Source: Nemertoderma westbladi (taxonomy: Eukaryota; Animalia; Xenacoelomorpha). Taken from it: DNA of 64,000 bases. Made by a program: the position numbers and the translations under genes. Below, piece by piece: positions 12,239 to 25,198 of the stretch. Every line of letters starts with the position of its first letter. Position 1 is the stretch's first letter. The DNA lies in NCBI GenBank assembly GCA_032718475.1, contig JAUCBJ010002501.1, positions 1 through 64,000 on the forward strand, in the 5' to 3' direction. Under the pieces are notes generated by a model. The model had not been told where the DNA came from. It saw only the letters and a program-made list of their open reading frames with translations, and searched no databases.

Positions 12239-13100
12239 ATGAGACACCCAATGGATAGGATGATAACCAAAATCAGTATTGCTACCTATAACTGTCAAGG
12301 ATATACCAGGAATAAACAATACATTAATAACTTTCTCACAATGAACAGAGCAGACATCTTTATCATCCAGGAAGACTGGTTAGGGACGCAGGACGAGAGA
12401 ATACATAAGGGCTACAACTACTGCCTTTTCACTATCACTGAAAGCATGTCCATACCTAAAATGACAGTGAGAGGCAAAGGTGGCACAGCCATTTTCATGA
12501 AAGAAGGAAAATATATACCAGCACTGTTAACGAATTAAAACTGGTACAGACAGAGAGTCATTCATTGCTGTATCTATCAGAGGCTTCTTCCATGAAACAA
12601 TATATATAATTGAGAAAATATTGTCCACCACTTTGATTGCCATCCACTGTTGTGTACCGACCATCACACTAATAGCCTAACCGCTCTCATACATTGTGAA
12701 TATATCTCTCAGTAGCGTCTCAGTGCCAAAACAAATGAAAATTGCGCGTATCACACCTATTTTCAAATCAGAAAATCCGACATTCGTACAAAATTACAGA
12801 CCAATATCAGTACTTACATATTTCTCAAAAATACTCGAATTGAACTCGATTGTACAAACCGAACTAACAGACTATTTATTTATGCTAATTAATTAACAAC
12901 ACAGCCTCATCTACGACTCACGTCCATTGTATCCGCACCGCTATTAACAACAACTGTGTAACGCACCGGACTAGGTTATTGGTCGCCAGGCAATCCATCA
13001 GGTTCCAAGCACCCGAGGTCTGGAACAGCCTCCCAATCTCTGTAAGGCACCGACCTAGAATATCTATCTTTAAATTGTCTCTAAAACGATATCTAAAAAC
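12239..13100 (+). mobile_element. Degraded L2/CR1-type LINE remnant (APE endonuclease, RT and 3' pieces)
   Basis: IATYNCQG..DIFIIQEDWL (APE motifs); VPKQMKIARITPIFK..NYRPISVL..FSKILE (RT N-terminus). Confidence 0.75.
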
Positions 13101-14162
13101 AAGTAATCAAAACCAATAATAAGTAACTCATATAAAATTTTGTACACTAGTTATAAATTAGTCATCCTTTAAACTTATATATCTTAGCTTATTTTATAGC
13201 TTTATCCATATCTTACATATCTCAGGTAATTTTCCAGCATTATCCCATCTATTACAATAATTTTCTTAAACCCTTTTCTCAATCCAGCATACAGTAACTC
13301 TTATTAGAAAGGGTTTTATTATTAGAACGGCTTTATATCTACATATAAGATTAATCAACTTATACCCTTGTGTGCATGCATAGTAATATAGATGATATAT
13401 ATCATTTATACGATATACCGGTTCTTTGTTTTATACATTTATTTTAGGTATGTAATTTACAGTAGTTGTAGTAAGACGTACTACAGTATATACGGATTGT
13501 TTAAATACGATACGTAATCTTGTTATATACTGTATGTATATGTGTAAAGGAGGTGGTTTGCGTAATGGGCCTTCCCGGCAAGCCACCGTCTGTGCACTGT
13601 TGAATATCCTAATAGGAATTAAATAGCATGGTGAAGGAGCTACGTACTGCTATATTATTATTTTATATATAACCCAATATTATGCGGTGCAATTCAATTA
13701 CATGTATGTATACGGAAAATTGTTACATTAAAAAAAAACATAAACACATAATTTAATACATGTAGTCTAGATACCCAACCCATATCATGCGTGCGAAGTG
13801 TAGAATAATATACAGCTAATTCAATACCGGAATGATAAATTCACTTTTTTATCTTCAGTTTTCTTCTGTCACAGCATCTCAGCAGTGTCGAAAGCGACCC
13901 ACTCTTAATGGACTACAACATTGGTGGAAATTGGAGACTGTGTAACAATGTACATTACATTACGTATAATGGATTTGTAACACCCGTGTTGTTTTTGTTT
14001 TGCTCTCTATTAAATATGATATAACATTTAGTTTTATTTAGTACATAATTTAAAATTCGATATTTTAAGCATTATATTAGTGCATTAGTCTCTCATACGT
14101 ATTTTACTATTTCGTCAGTTAGGGTATCTATAAGAGGCTCCATTAACCGCGTACCTAATGCC

Positions 14163-14233
14163 TAAAAGTTTGTCGACAAGCCGGAACAGCATTCTTAAAA
14201 ATGCAGCTGCAATGCAGCATGCCGATCCTAGTA
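14163..14233 (+). mobile_element. Ultra-short RTE 3'-end insertion (mirror at ~31620-31690)
   Basis: Matches the RTE terminal ~65 bp; flanked by 12-bp TSD gtacctaatgcc (14151-14162) / gtacctaaggcc (14234-14245). Confidence 0.8.
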
Positions 14234-14516
14234 GTACCTAAGGCCAGTAATAATAATAATTACCTGTACCTTGTGACTAAGATCTGAAATAATAATACAT
14301 TTTTAAACATTCACTAGTGTATTACTAATTATAATACATGATTAATAAACCGGAAGCTTAACTTCTTAAGTTTCTTTATACTTATTATATTAAATATAAT
14401 ATAAATAATATAAATATACTAACTTTATAATAGCTTAATCATAAGCCATTTCATAAGCCATAAGCCATAAATCATATTTAGGTCCTCTCTAGTCATCAGA
14501 GGCCTATAATTTTCAC

Positions 14517-14850
14517 CGTACGCATACACCATACGCATACACCACCTACGCATACACCATACGCATAAACCATACCTACGCATACACCATACCTACGCAT
14601 ACACCATACGCATACGCCATACGCATACACCGTACGCATACACCATACGCATACACCATACGCATACACCATACGCATACACCATACGCATACACCATAC
14701 GCATACACCATACGCATACACCATATGCATACACCATACGCATACACCATACGCATACAACATACGCATACACCATACGCATACACCATACGCATACACC
14801 ATACGCATACACCATATGCATACACCATACGCATACACCATACGCATACA
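14517..14850. repeat. 13-bp minisatellite (CATACACCATACG)n, ~25 units
   Basis: Directly visible; inverted counterpart at ~30965-31338. Confidence 0.95.
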
Positions 14851-15206
14851 TTCGTATTTGCAGCCAGTGGAATCCGGACTGAAATGAAATGAGACAGTGC
14901 AAATAAGTTTACAAAACTTCCCACTAAAATGTACCAAACCTGTCAAATAAGCCCTAATTAATATAACTAATAATCTTCTTGTTCAATAGACGAGTGAAAA
15001 ACCGTTACTAAAGTTAACTAACATTGAACACTTTCTTTAAATTCTCAAAAGCAACAAGCTAATAGTTCGACAATCTACATGACCGCCAATCTAAACAGAA
15101 ATGTATTTGTTTTGTACAAATTGACAAATTCTAAATTGTAGTACCAATTAGTCTCTACTAGGATCGGCATGCTGCATTGCAGCTGCATTTTTAAGAATGC
15201 TGTGCC

Positions 15207-15548
15207 GGCTGTTCCAGACCTCGGGTGCTTGGACCCTGATGGATTGCCTGGCGACCAATAGCCTAGTCCGGTGCGTTACACAGTTGTTGTTAATAGTGGT
15301 GCGGGTACATGGTCGTGAGTCGTAGATGAGGATGTGTTGTTGGAAGTCAGTGTTACCCCTGCTTTGTACTATCCATTGAGCCCTCTGTTGTAGTCTGTGC
15401 AGTGATTAAATTGTAGTATTTGGGTTCTCAGTATCTGTCTGTTGTTTCCGCCTTCGTCTGGAGTGTCGATGTATTGGCGTTTGTCTTGGTGGCCCTGTAT
15501 TGTCGTTGTTTGTATTAGATTTTTGTGCCCAGACAGCATTGCAGTATT
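15207..15548 (-). mobile_element. L2/CR1-like LINE fragment fused to an RTE 3' end (15157-15210) at the inner boundary of copy A
   Basis: Direct match to ~34244-34587; 4-nt GGCT overlap with the RTE end; followed by (TATG)n. Confidence 0.75.
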
Positions 15549-15575
15549 GTTTTGTATGTATGTATGTATGTATGT

Positions 15576-15680
15576 ATTTAATGTTTTGTATATTTTTAGT
15601 ATTGCATCTTTGGATAGGACGTATTTAGTTTTCCGCAGAACCAATAGATTTCTCGAAACTAAGTTAATTAATTCTAGGAC
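15576..15680 (-). mobile_element. Distal piece of the CR1-like ORF2 split off by the BEL insertion
   Basis: Removing 15682-27327 and one TSD copy joins ..NFKFNDHVL to ELINLVSRNLLVLRKTKYVLSKDAILKIYK in frame. Confidence 0.85.
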
Positions 15681-15681
15681 G

Positions 15682-16283
15682 TATGACGTCACCTGGTGGC
15701 CTGTAAAATGACAAAATGACACTTCCGGTATCCACCAGATAGCAGACAGCAGAAGTGACAGGACACGACTGCACTACTCCTGCAACACAGAGAGTAGCCT
15801 ACCGATGTAGGCATACTGCAGTACTGCTAACTACTGACTGGGAAAATTCATAAAGTTCTTATGGGATTTGTTCCCAATCCTACAATAACAGACAACATTA
15901 CTCACCAGCGCCTAGAACAATCCACCAGGTCACCGGGTCCGTCGTCCGTTCTCTATTATATCGTGGGTTACAACTTATATTTCCGTCACTCTATTCCGCC
16001 GTGGGGAGGGGCTTCACTCGCGGTCAAGCGAGCAAGGTAACTTTGGCAATCAGGTAACTCTATTGGGTTTGGCAGTTTGGGTATTTATATTAAGGTGCAG
16101 GGAGAGCCTGGAGTCTGTTTGGGAGGTTTGGACATCCTTATAAAAGGAGCTCTAGAATTATCAGCCCAGTCAAGGCTTACACGTGGCCCAGGGGAAGAAA
16201 TACTTGGAGTACCGCAACCGGCCCTCCTTATTTCCTTCCCGGCTATAGAATCTTCACAAAGGATTCTTTTAGCCAACGTGATA
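15682..16283 (+). repeat. 5' LTR (602 bp)
   Basis: TATGACGTCACC...AACGTGATA; direct repeat of 26749-27327. Confidence 0.93.
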
Positions 16284-18164
16284 ATAAGAACTTTTGAATT
16301 TAAAATAAAATCGCAGTTCTTCACAATTTCCTTGGCTCAGCAGCCTTGGTGATTAGTGGACTACGGCAGCTCTTCACCAAAGACTCTGTAGTCTGCGATC
16401 AATTTACTTTAGATTACCTCGCATATCGAGTGTCTTTTGTCAGTTGGTCATCAACCAGTGTATATGCGCTGGGTAGGACAGACGTTCGCTTCCGCAACGG
16501 GTCGAAAATTTGCCCTGGAAAAATTATAATCAATCCAAGTCATTATTATTGTTTTTCCGCCAAATTTAATTTAATTTTTGGCACAAACCTATATGTTTAC
16601 CGGCTGAATCAAACTGTCAATGTCAACTGGTCAAACCGCGTTCTGACATTTAATTGGCCAAACCTGCAAACATCCTTTTATATTGCGACATTTCCGCTGG
16701 GAACGTACCGGTCTGTCGGTAGTTTAGGCCCCTACCGTATAGATTTGCAATATATATAATTACCGGTGCGGTACCTGTAATAAATTTTATATTGGTACCT
16801 ATACTCCAAACACAACCCTATTCATACATTAGGGAACTAAGCTCAATCAGCGGTAGTTTTTGTGAATGAGTAGACCTAAACTTTCAGGTGTATTTGAGTT
16901 GTTTATGTTTTTGCACTTTTGTGTGTGTGTTTGTTTTATATACAGATATTGGCCTACCTAGGCCAATACAGTCTTGAACCCGTTTTCTGCCAGTCTGTGT
17001 CCCTGCTACCGTACATTTGCGAGTAGCCTAGGCCTATGGCCTACCGGTCTTAAATATCTAATCTGAACACAGGTAGGCCTAATATTTTAGTTATTCATGA
17101 TTATAATCTGATGATCTGTGAAGTTGTGCATTTTCACATTCCCACATTCAGATTAATTCAAATTTTAATTCCAAGAAATTTCAAATTTAAATCCTGAGTA
17201 CCGGTACTGGTCATATTTTGTATAAATTAATTAATATATACCGGCTGACCGGTACCTTCTGCAGTTCTGCTTCTGTTCAGATTTAGTGGTATACCGGTTT
17301 CAGGAGTTTTGCCTATCAGCCTATACTGCTATATATACCGGTATATATCTATATATCTGTACCGTATATAACCTAGTTAACTCCAGAACTCATAACTGGT
17401 TGATAGACCGAGTTACTGAGTTAACCAATTTCAGTACCAGTATTTGATAGGCTATTATTGTCTATTAAAGTGTGTATATTAATATTATTACATAATAATA
17501 TTAAAGGTAATAGCGTCCTACATATACTCAACTCAGACGTTATTTCGTTATTATATATATAAAGTACCGATATCTGAGTATAGACACTGACAGACTGTCT
17601 AGTATCTACCAATATATGGTTCGTATCTATATAAATATCAGTATATAGCTAGCCTATATGTATTTAGTATTTAATACACTGCCCAACAGCCCAAGCTGCC
17701 ATAGTGCATAGGCCTATTTAATTGTGTATCTAGGTAGGCCCTACTTCAATATTTACAATATAGACATTATTCACCCTCGTCTTATGAGTAATTAACTGCT
17801 TCAGTCTAGCAGTAAATCCTATTAATTCTGTAAATATATTTGTGTTTGCCTAATTGTAAGTTACTAGTTTTTGATTGCAGTTCTGCAGTTAAGTTTAAAA
17901 TATAAACACAGTATCGGTACCTACCTGTCTGTTTCAGCCAATTTTAATCTTTTAGGCTATCCACTGACCATGATTGAATACAATCTTTTGTGAAAAGGGG
18001 ATATCATATTACGCTTCCCTACTGCTCCCAATAGGTACAGATAGAGTACCCAACATTTATATTCGGTTCAGTAAAAGTAGTAGTAAGCTTGCTTCTTTTT
18101 AAGACATTCAGACCATTTGGCTTTATTAGGCCTTTGTTGAATATTTCATATATCAATTTTAAAC

Positions 18165-21100
18165 ATGTCTGATGATAATGGACAGTATACTACAGATGGG
18201 GAAAATCCGAACAATTCGCCATCAGCTTCTGACTTAACAGTAGTTCCCCCACAGCAAGAAAGTGATGAAACCAAATCAGAAGAACACCAGCTATTAGCTG
18301 TAACAACGAGACCCCTTAGTGAGAGAGCCACAGACTCCTACTTATCAGCTTGTATGCAGTTGAAATTGGAGGGTATTGACCCCACTGTCTCTTGTGAACG
18401 TTTAGACCACATAAGCTCAGGATATTTATCAGCGTCGACACGGTATCTAAACACATTGGAAGCGAAACTCACCCCCGAGTATTTCCAGGCTCACCGTCCA
18501 GACGAAGTATACACATGGAATGTTGAATTGGAAGCAAAACGACAACGCCTTATGTCTCATTTGGAGTGGATACGTCTCGTTGCCAAGGCCCGACAATTGG
18601 ACACTCTTGATCATAGATTACAGATGCGCGCACGTGAGCACGATGGCAGATATCAAAAAATATCTAGTCTATACCAAAAATGGTGTGGAGCAGCAGGAGT
18701 AATGATGCCTCTATTTTCACCCCCGATCTGCACATTAAGCGAAAGCAGTGTTGCCTCTTCAAAAAGGGAGGACCGGATGCAACGCTTTGAAATAGCAAAG
18801 AAACATAGGGATCGTCGCCTTAAGGAATATCACCAACAGGAAGAATTGATCACTCAACGAAAGCAAACAGAAGCATAACAACTGAGAGATAACATAATAC
18901 TGAGCTCCCAGAAGAGAGCCAACCAACAAGCTGTGGAAGAAAGGATAGCCCAATCTATGAAACGAGAGGTTGAAGAAAGAGTTGCTGCGGAACAACGTCA
19001 TCAAGATAATATATTTGAGGAGTTAGCGGAACAGAAGAAACTGAAAGATATGGAGTTTCAATTGCAGAATGATGCCCTAGATCAACAACAGAAATTTATC
19101 CGTCTGCAGTCCCAGCTACAGGAAGTAAATGACACCATTCTGGATGATGCCCCTTTTGTTTCAATTGGACAAGAAGGGCAGTCTTAGCTACCAGCTGCAA
19201 GAGGACCTATCAGCTCATCTCCAATTAATCCCAGTTCCGAGACTTTGCAGCGATATTTACAGCAACCCCTGGTACCTGATTTGAATCGGTTGGTTATGGA
19301 AGAAAATCAAGAGGATCACTTGATAGACAAAAACCTAGAAGATAGAAAGGGAATGAAGGTCAACGTTGTAACCACCCAACCCGACTTGTCACGTCACGTT
19401 GAGTTTTGCCCACCAGTACCTAACAAGAGGCGAGCTGACGAAATTCCACCGGAAAAACATAGAATTCTCCTGGAATCAGAGGCTTTGAAAGAGGCAAAAG
19501 GAACTCCTAAACCTGGTAGAATTGAGCCAAGACATGTAACCTCAGAGATTAGATATGAGCGGCAGGACACTGAGACGGCACCATCCTCCCACTATTTCCA
19601 GAAGAATCCTGGAAGTGGAAATATACCACAAATATCTTCACCGAGGTATCAAACCTCGAGAGAACCAAAGGTTATCTTACATCCAAGGATACAATCAATA
19701 CCTGTACCACCTCCAATATCCATGCAATACTCTACAAGTATAGGCGGAACCATTCCTAAACACACAAATGCTATATACGATAATAAAATGGGATGGTCAC
19801 CAATAGACCAATATTCGAATTGGAGATATGAAATGGAGCAGAGTCTGCAGGGTTTATCCCAGAAGATTAATGAAATACAGGGTTTACAACCACCCCATGG
19901 GCACTGGGGACAGCACATAAGTCAGCTAGCCAAGAACATGGACATATGGTTAAAGGACATTCGGAAGAGTTGCTTTGATCATGTGGATAGGATCCAAGCA
20001 GAAGTTGCGCTCAATGCAGATACGGCCCAACTGCCCCCTCATGAAACTCTAACTTCCAATGGTACCTCAGCTAGATAACACTAAGATATTGAACGATCTC
20101 GCAGCTAAGTTAACAGAACCCACTCGTCGACGATGGGTAAAGGCATAATTACGTCACCAGCGTCGATTGAATGATCCTAATATTGCCAAAGCCGAACATT
20201 TTGTCCAGTTTTTGGAAGAAGAGGTGGATATTCTGGTTTTAATGCCTGTTGCGAAGCCCAATAATACCACAATTCTTAATAAAGATATTAAAAGAATTTC
20301 GAGGGTAAATGCAGTAAGAACAGATGACTCAAGTGATGATGATGAGTTCTTAAATCGGATAGTGGCGAAATTGCATAAGCCAGCAAAAGGAAGACATCAG
20401 CAATCCAAGGCTCTTAATGCTATCACTCGACCTTCTAAACAAAATATCCCACCCAAACCAACTGTATCCAGAGGGACAGGTGAGTTGAAATGTATTAAAT
20501 GTGGAGATACCCATAACTTATTTAAATGTGAAGACTTTAATAAGATGAATCTAGAGAAAAGAAGATCCTTTTGTCAATGTGAAAAACTTTGCTACAACTG
20601 TTTATCAAGCCTCCACCTCCGATCCCATTGTAAGAATAAAAATCGTTGTAAAATTTGTGGTGAAGCCCACCACACTATCTTTCATAAAGAAGAACTTACC
20701 TCATGTGAAACTAAACGAGAAGAGGCTGCAATGAGAATAGTAGAATCTGAGACAGATTCAGATGCTGCTGGTGATGAATATGGAGTTACTGAGTTTGCAG
20801 AACATGAGTCAAATTTTATCGATAATGCTGCCATAATTTCCTGTAGACTCAATCGTAGAGGTGGTCCAGTACGTGAATTTCCGGTTTTGACCTTGAGACT
20901 AAATGGCGATAAGGGTTCAACAATTGTTAATGCTCTTGTAGATACGGGTAGCTCGACTACCTTTCTAGATGGGGATATTTTCGACCGGTTGTTTGGAGTA
21001 ACCAAAGAAACTAACCTGCACTTAACGGCCGTAGCCTGGTACCAAGAGATGCCTACGGTAGTGGCAAAGGGTAAACTTAGTCCAGCCAGGGATGACGTGG

Positions 21101-24100
21101 AAGGGGAAATGGCAGAGAACATCAAAATTATACGTATGAATGGTTTAAAAAACGCACTTGGGACTCCCCATGACTGGTTGAGTGATGATTTTTCCAAACA
21201 ATACCAGATTCCTCTAGCAACGGCTGAAGATCCTAAGGTTGTCATGCTCATAGGGCAGAACTGCCCTGAAGCCTTTCGCGTTTTAGAAACAATCCCGGCA
21301 GCTTTCTTGGGAGTGGGGTCATCCAAATACAGTTCGCCATTTGCGGCACGAACACCTCTTGGATGGTATTGTTCGGGACCATCAGAGAGAACATTAAAAG
21401 AGAGAGAATCTGAGAGTATAAATTACATTGAAATACTCACTCATGAATCAGTATGTCGACTACAAGATACATTCATAGAACAGGAATTGGCAGCCTTAGG
21501 TAGAGACATGACTGAACTGCCCACTCAGGATACTTACGATACCTTAATGCACTTGGTGACTCATAGTGAATCATCTAGAACCAACGACGATTATCATAAT
21601 AATGAAGAATGTTCAGCTTGGGATAATATGACTCTTGATTTGGCCATGCAACGATGGCTTGAGAATGACAGCACTAACGTGAATGAGGATAAATTAGCAA
21701 TGTCTCCAGACGACCTCCATGCTGTGGAGATCCAGCATCGGACGCGCAAACTTCTGCCTGATGGACATTATCAGACTGGCCTGCTGTGGCGGGATGATCC
21801 TCCACAGCTTATTAACAATTCTAGCCTAGCATATAATAGAGCTCTGAACATGAGAAAAAGGCTGAAGAAGAACCCTAAATATTTAGATATGTATCAACAT
21901 CAAATGGATAAATACCTCAAAATTGATTGCGCAGAATTGGTTCCATCTGACCAACAACAATTTGGTCCCAGGTCATATTTTATGCCGCATCATTTTGTAA
22001 CCCATGAAAACAAACCCAACACTGTACGAGTTGTTTTCGACTGTCATGCTACATATAAAGGTAAATCACTCAATACAGAGATACTTCCTGGACCAAACTT
22101 ATTACAATCTTTGGTAGGAATTCTTATTAGATTTCGTGAGTTTAATGTAGCTTTCGTAGCAGATATAGAAGCAATGTTTCTACAGGTACGTGCCCTCCCA
22201 GTGGACCAAGACAGCCTCCGATATTATTGGTGGCCGACAACTGAGCTTGAAGGTGAGCCAAGCCAATATTGGATGAAGTGCCAACCCTTTGGAGTAATAT
22301 CCTCACCTAGCAATGCTGAGAGTATTGTGTATGCAACAGCTGATGACAATGCCAATGATTTCAAAAAGGTTATAATTGAAACAATAAAGAATAGTTTATA
22401 TATGGATGATGTTCTTAAGTCACATCCAATCAGTGGAAACTTAATTGATATTGCTCATGTGTTCAAGATTGCCTGCTCCGGGGTGGCTTTCGACTGGTGA
22501 AATTCGCTAGCAACAGCAAGGAACTACTACAGACATTTCCACCAGAAGAACGGGCCTCCCCTACCCTAGACTTAGATGTAGAGCAGCTCCCAGTAATGAA
22601 AACATTGGGACTACGTTGGCGAATGCAAGAAGATGAGTTCTACTTCACAGTTGCCTTTATCGATAATGTGCCAGCAAAAACACGACGCCAATGCCTTTCG
22701 AAAATGCACAAGGTCTTCGACCCATTTGGATATGTTGCGCCAGTAATTATGAGGGCTAAGTTCTTGCTTAAGAAAACACTTGGCTTTTAGATTTAGATTG
22801 GGATGATACTATTCCCCAATTTCTGTTTGAGGCCTGGAGTAAGTGGGAAAGGGACCTTAAACATATAGAACAATTAACTATTCCCAGAACATACTTTCCT
22901 CACTTGCAAACAACCGAACAACTTCAACTTCATGTCTTTGTTGACGCTTGTGATAATGGGATGGGTGCAACGGCCTATTTTAGACGAGAGTTGAAGGGTA
23001 TATTTTCAGTAACCTTTGTTGCTTCAAAATCTCGTATTATGCCTAAACAGGAACTATCAACCCCTAAGGCAGAATTGCAAGCTGCTGTGCTGGGAACTGA
23101 ACTTGCTGAGATTATCACAGCTGAACTTACTCTCAAGGTAGAACAATATTATTGGACTGATGCTACCATAGTATTACAATACCTGCATAACCGAAAACAT
23201 AAACTCTCTGTGTTTATAACAAACCGGGTGACTCGAATATTAAAACGATCACTCCTATATCAATGGCGTCATATAGCTGGTACCATTAATCCAGCTGATC
23301 TGGCCTGTCGTGGCTCAACAGCAGAAGAATTAGTCAATTCTTCCATATGGTGGAAAGGTCCAGATTTCTTGTGGGAGACAGAAGATGAGTGGCCTCATGT
23401 ACTGCGAGATCTAAATCTCCCCAAGGGAGCGGAGATAGTTCCCGATAGAGTATACCCCCCCAAATCTAGGTTGATTTCAGGAGAAACCAATACAATAATA
23501 AATGTTGAAGATGATCCTACCCCAATTCCCAAAGGTTCAAGTAAAGAGATTCAATTTCCAAACTTAGACAAAGGATTGCATCCTTGGTTGAAAAGACTTC
23601 TGAGCAGTCAGCAAAGTCTTCGTGCCTCGATTCGGGATATTTGCTACATTCGCCGCATGGCACATTGGTATTGTTGGCGACAAAAGAATCCCAATACGAC
23701 CGAGAAACCTCTTAGATTTTTTTGTCCATTAACACTAGAAGAACTAAGGACCAGTTTACAAATGAGACTTCGCCTCTCACAAAGAATAGCAGATCCAGAA
23801 CTTTTTTTGAAACATCAACATAATAACCCTATCCCCCCTCAGCGTGTTGCCACAATCATGTCAAATGGGATTATTCGAGTTCAAACACGCCTAACAATGG
23901 CTCCAGTGTCCTATGACACTATACATCCTATCATGTTGCGCGAACCACTCCTCTTGGAACAATTATTTTATGACACTCACCTTGAACTTAATCACTCAGG
24001 AAGAGACCATATCTTGAGTCATTTGAGACAACACTATTTTCTAGTTTCACCCTGGAACTATCTACGGAATGTTATGCGCAATTGTCTTCACTGCCGGAGA

Positions 24101-25198
24101 TACAACTCACCACTGATGAAGCAACAGATGGGAGATCTACCCAACGTTCGGATGGCGGCATATGAGCCAGCATTTACCAATTGTGGAGTGGATATGTTTG
24201 GCCCGATATTAGTTAAGCGCACCAGAACTACTGTCAAACGATGGGGCTTATTGGCGGTATGTATGACTACAAGGGCGATCCATCTGGACGTTTTGTATCA
24301 AGCTAACATGGGTTTGTTTTTGTCCGCATTGTCCAGATTGATTGCACGGCGCGGACAACCACATCATATCACCTCTGATAATGGAGGAAACTTCGTAGCA
24401 GCCGAGAAAGAGCTTCGTAAGAATATCAATGAGTGGAATATGCAATCGCTACACGAGCTTCTTGATAATCATCAAATAAACCTCATAGACTGGTACTTTA
24501 CTCCACCCCACGCTCCTTGGTATGGGGGAACTTATGAAAGGCTGGTACAGAGTGTCAAACAAGCTTTCTACAAACTGTTGCCCGAGGATGAGACTTACAC
24601 GTATTTGGATGATGAGGCGTTGCGCACATTGTTGGCTCAGATCGAATTAGTTTTGAACAACCGACCATTAACACGTATTTCGCAATCTTCTGAATCAGCT
24701 GAAGCTCTCACTCCAGCACATTTCCTCTTCTCTAAACCAGCCATTACGATACCAATATCCGAAATGGAGGATAATGATCTTCATTCCCGACGCACCTGGA
24801 AAGTTCTTCAACTCCTGACTCAACGATTCTGGAACAATTGGTTGATTGACTATTTACCTTCTCAACGCCTAAGATCGAAGTGGTTTTGCCAACGACCAAA
24901 TCTAAATATTGGTGATATCGTCTTAATTCATGACCCTGTACGGCCACGGCGGGATTGGCTTACAGCTACTGTCTTAGAACCTAACTACAGTGGCGATGGC
25001 TTAGTCAGAAGCGCTAAGTTGAAGACGCAGAATGGGAGTATTCTCGAAAGACCGATACAGAAATTATGCCTCCTTGAACAAGACTCAGAGAAGACAGGTA
25101 TATATGGTCAATTTCAGCCTCTTCAACATAATCAGCCATGGATCCTTAGTAATATTACAAATACCCAACGGAAATCTGTTGACAAACATAAACCGTAA
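18165..25198 (+). pseudogene. BEL/Pao gag-pol polyprotein with in-frame stops and frameshifts
   Basis: Triple Cys-His array (CIKCGDTHNLFKC, CYNCLSSLHLRSHC, CKICGEAHHTIFH); protease ALVDTGS; RT YMDD; RNase H LHVFVDAC; integrase H..H..CLHC, GVDMFGP, SDNGGNF, YERLV; RPIQKLC tail. Stops at 18876 and 19185; frame changes near 20050, 22490 and 22780. Confidence 0.93.

Larger units (their letters stand above)
821..15210 (+). repeat. Segmental duplication copy A
   Basis: Reverse complement aligns collinearly, apart from insertions and deletions, with 30602-48308 and 51712-62426 (e.g. 15121-15210 with 30602-30691; 821-900 with ~62340-62426). Confidence 0.93.

Noticed and set aside
12231-12260. Other CTGATGA occurrences (6308, 6575, 12231, 18169) as hammerheads
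   Set aside because: No stem II-GAAA-stem III-stem I arrangement follows them.
14496-14946. Cys/Trp/Met-rich ORFs (also 30866-31360)
   Set aside because: Translations of the 13-bp minisatellite.
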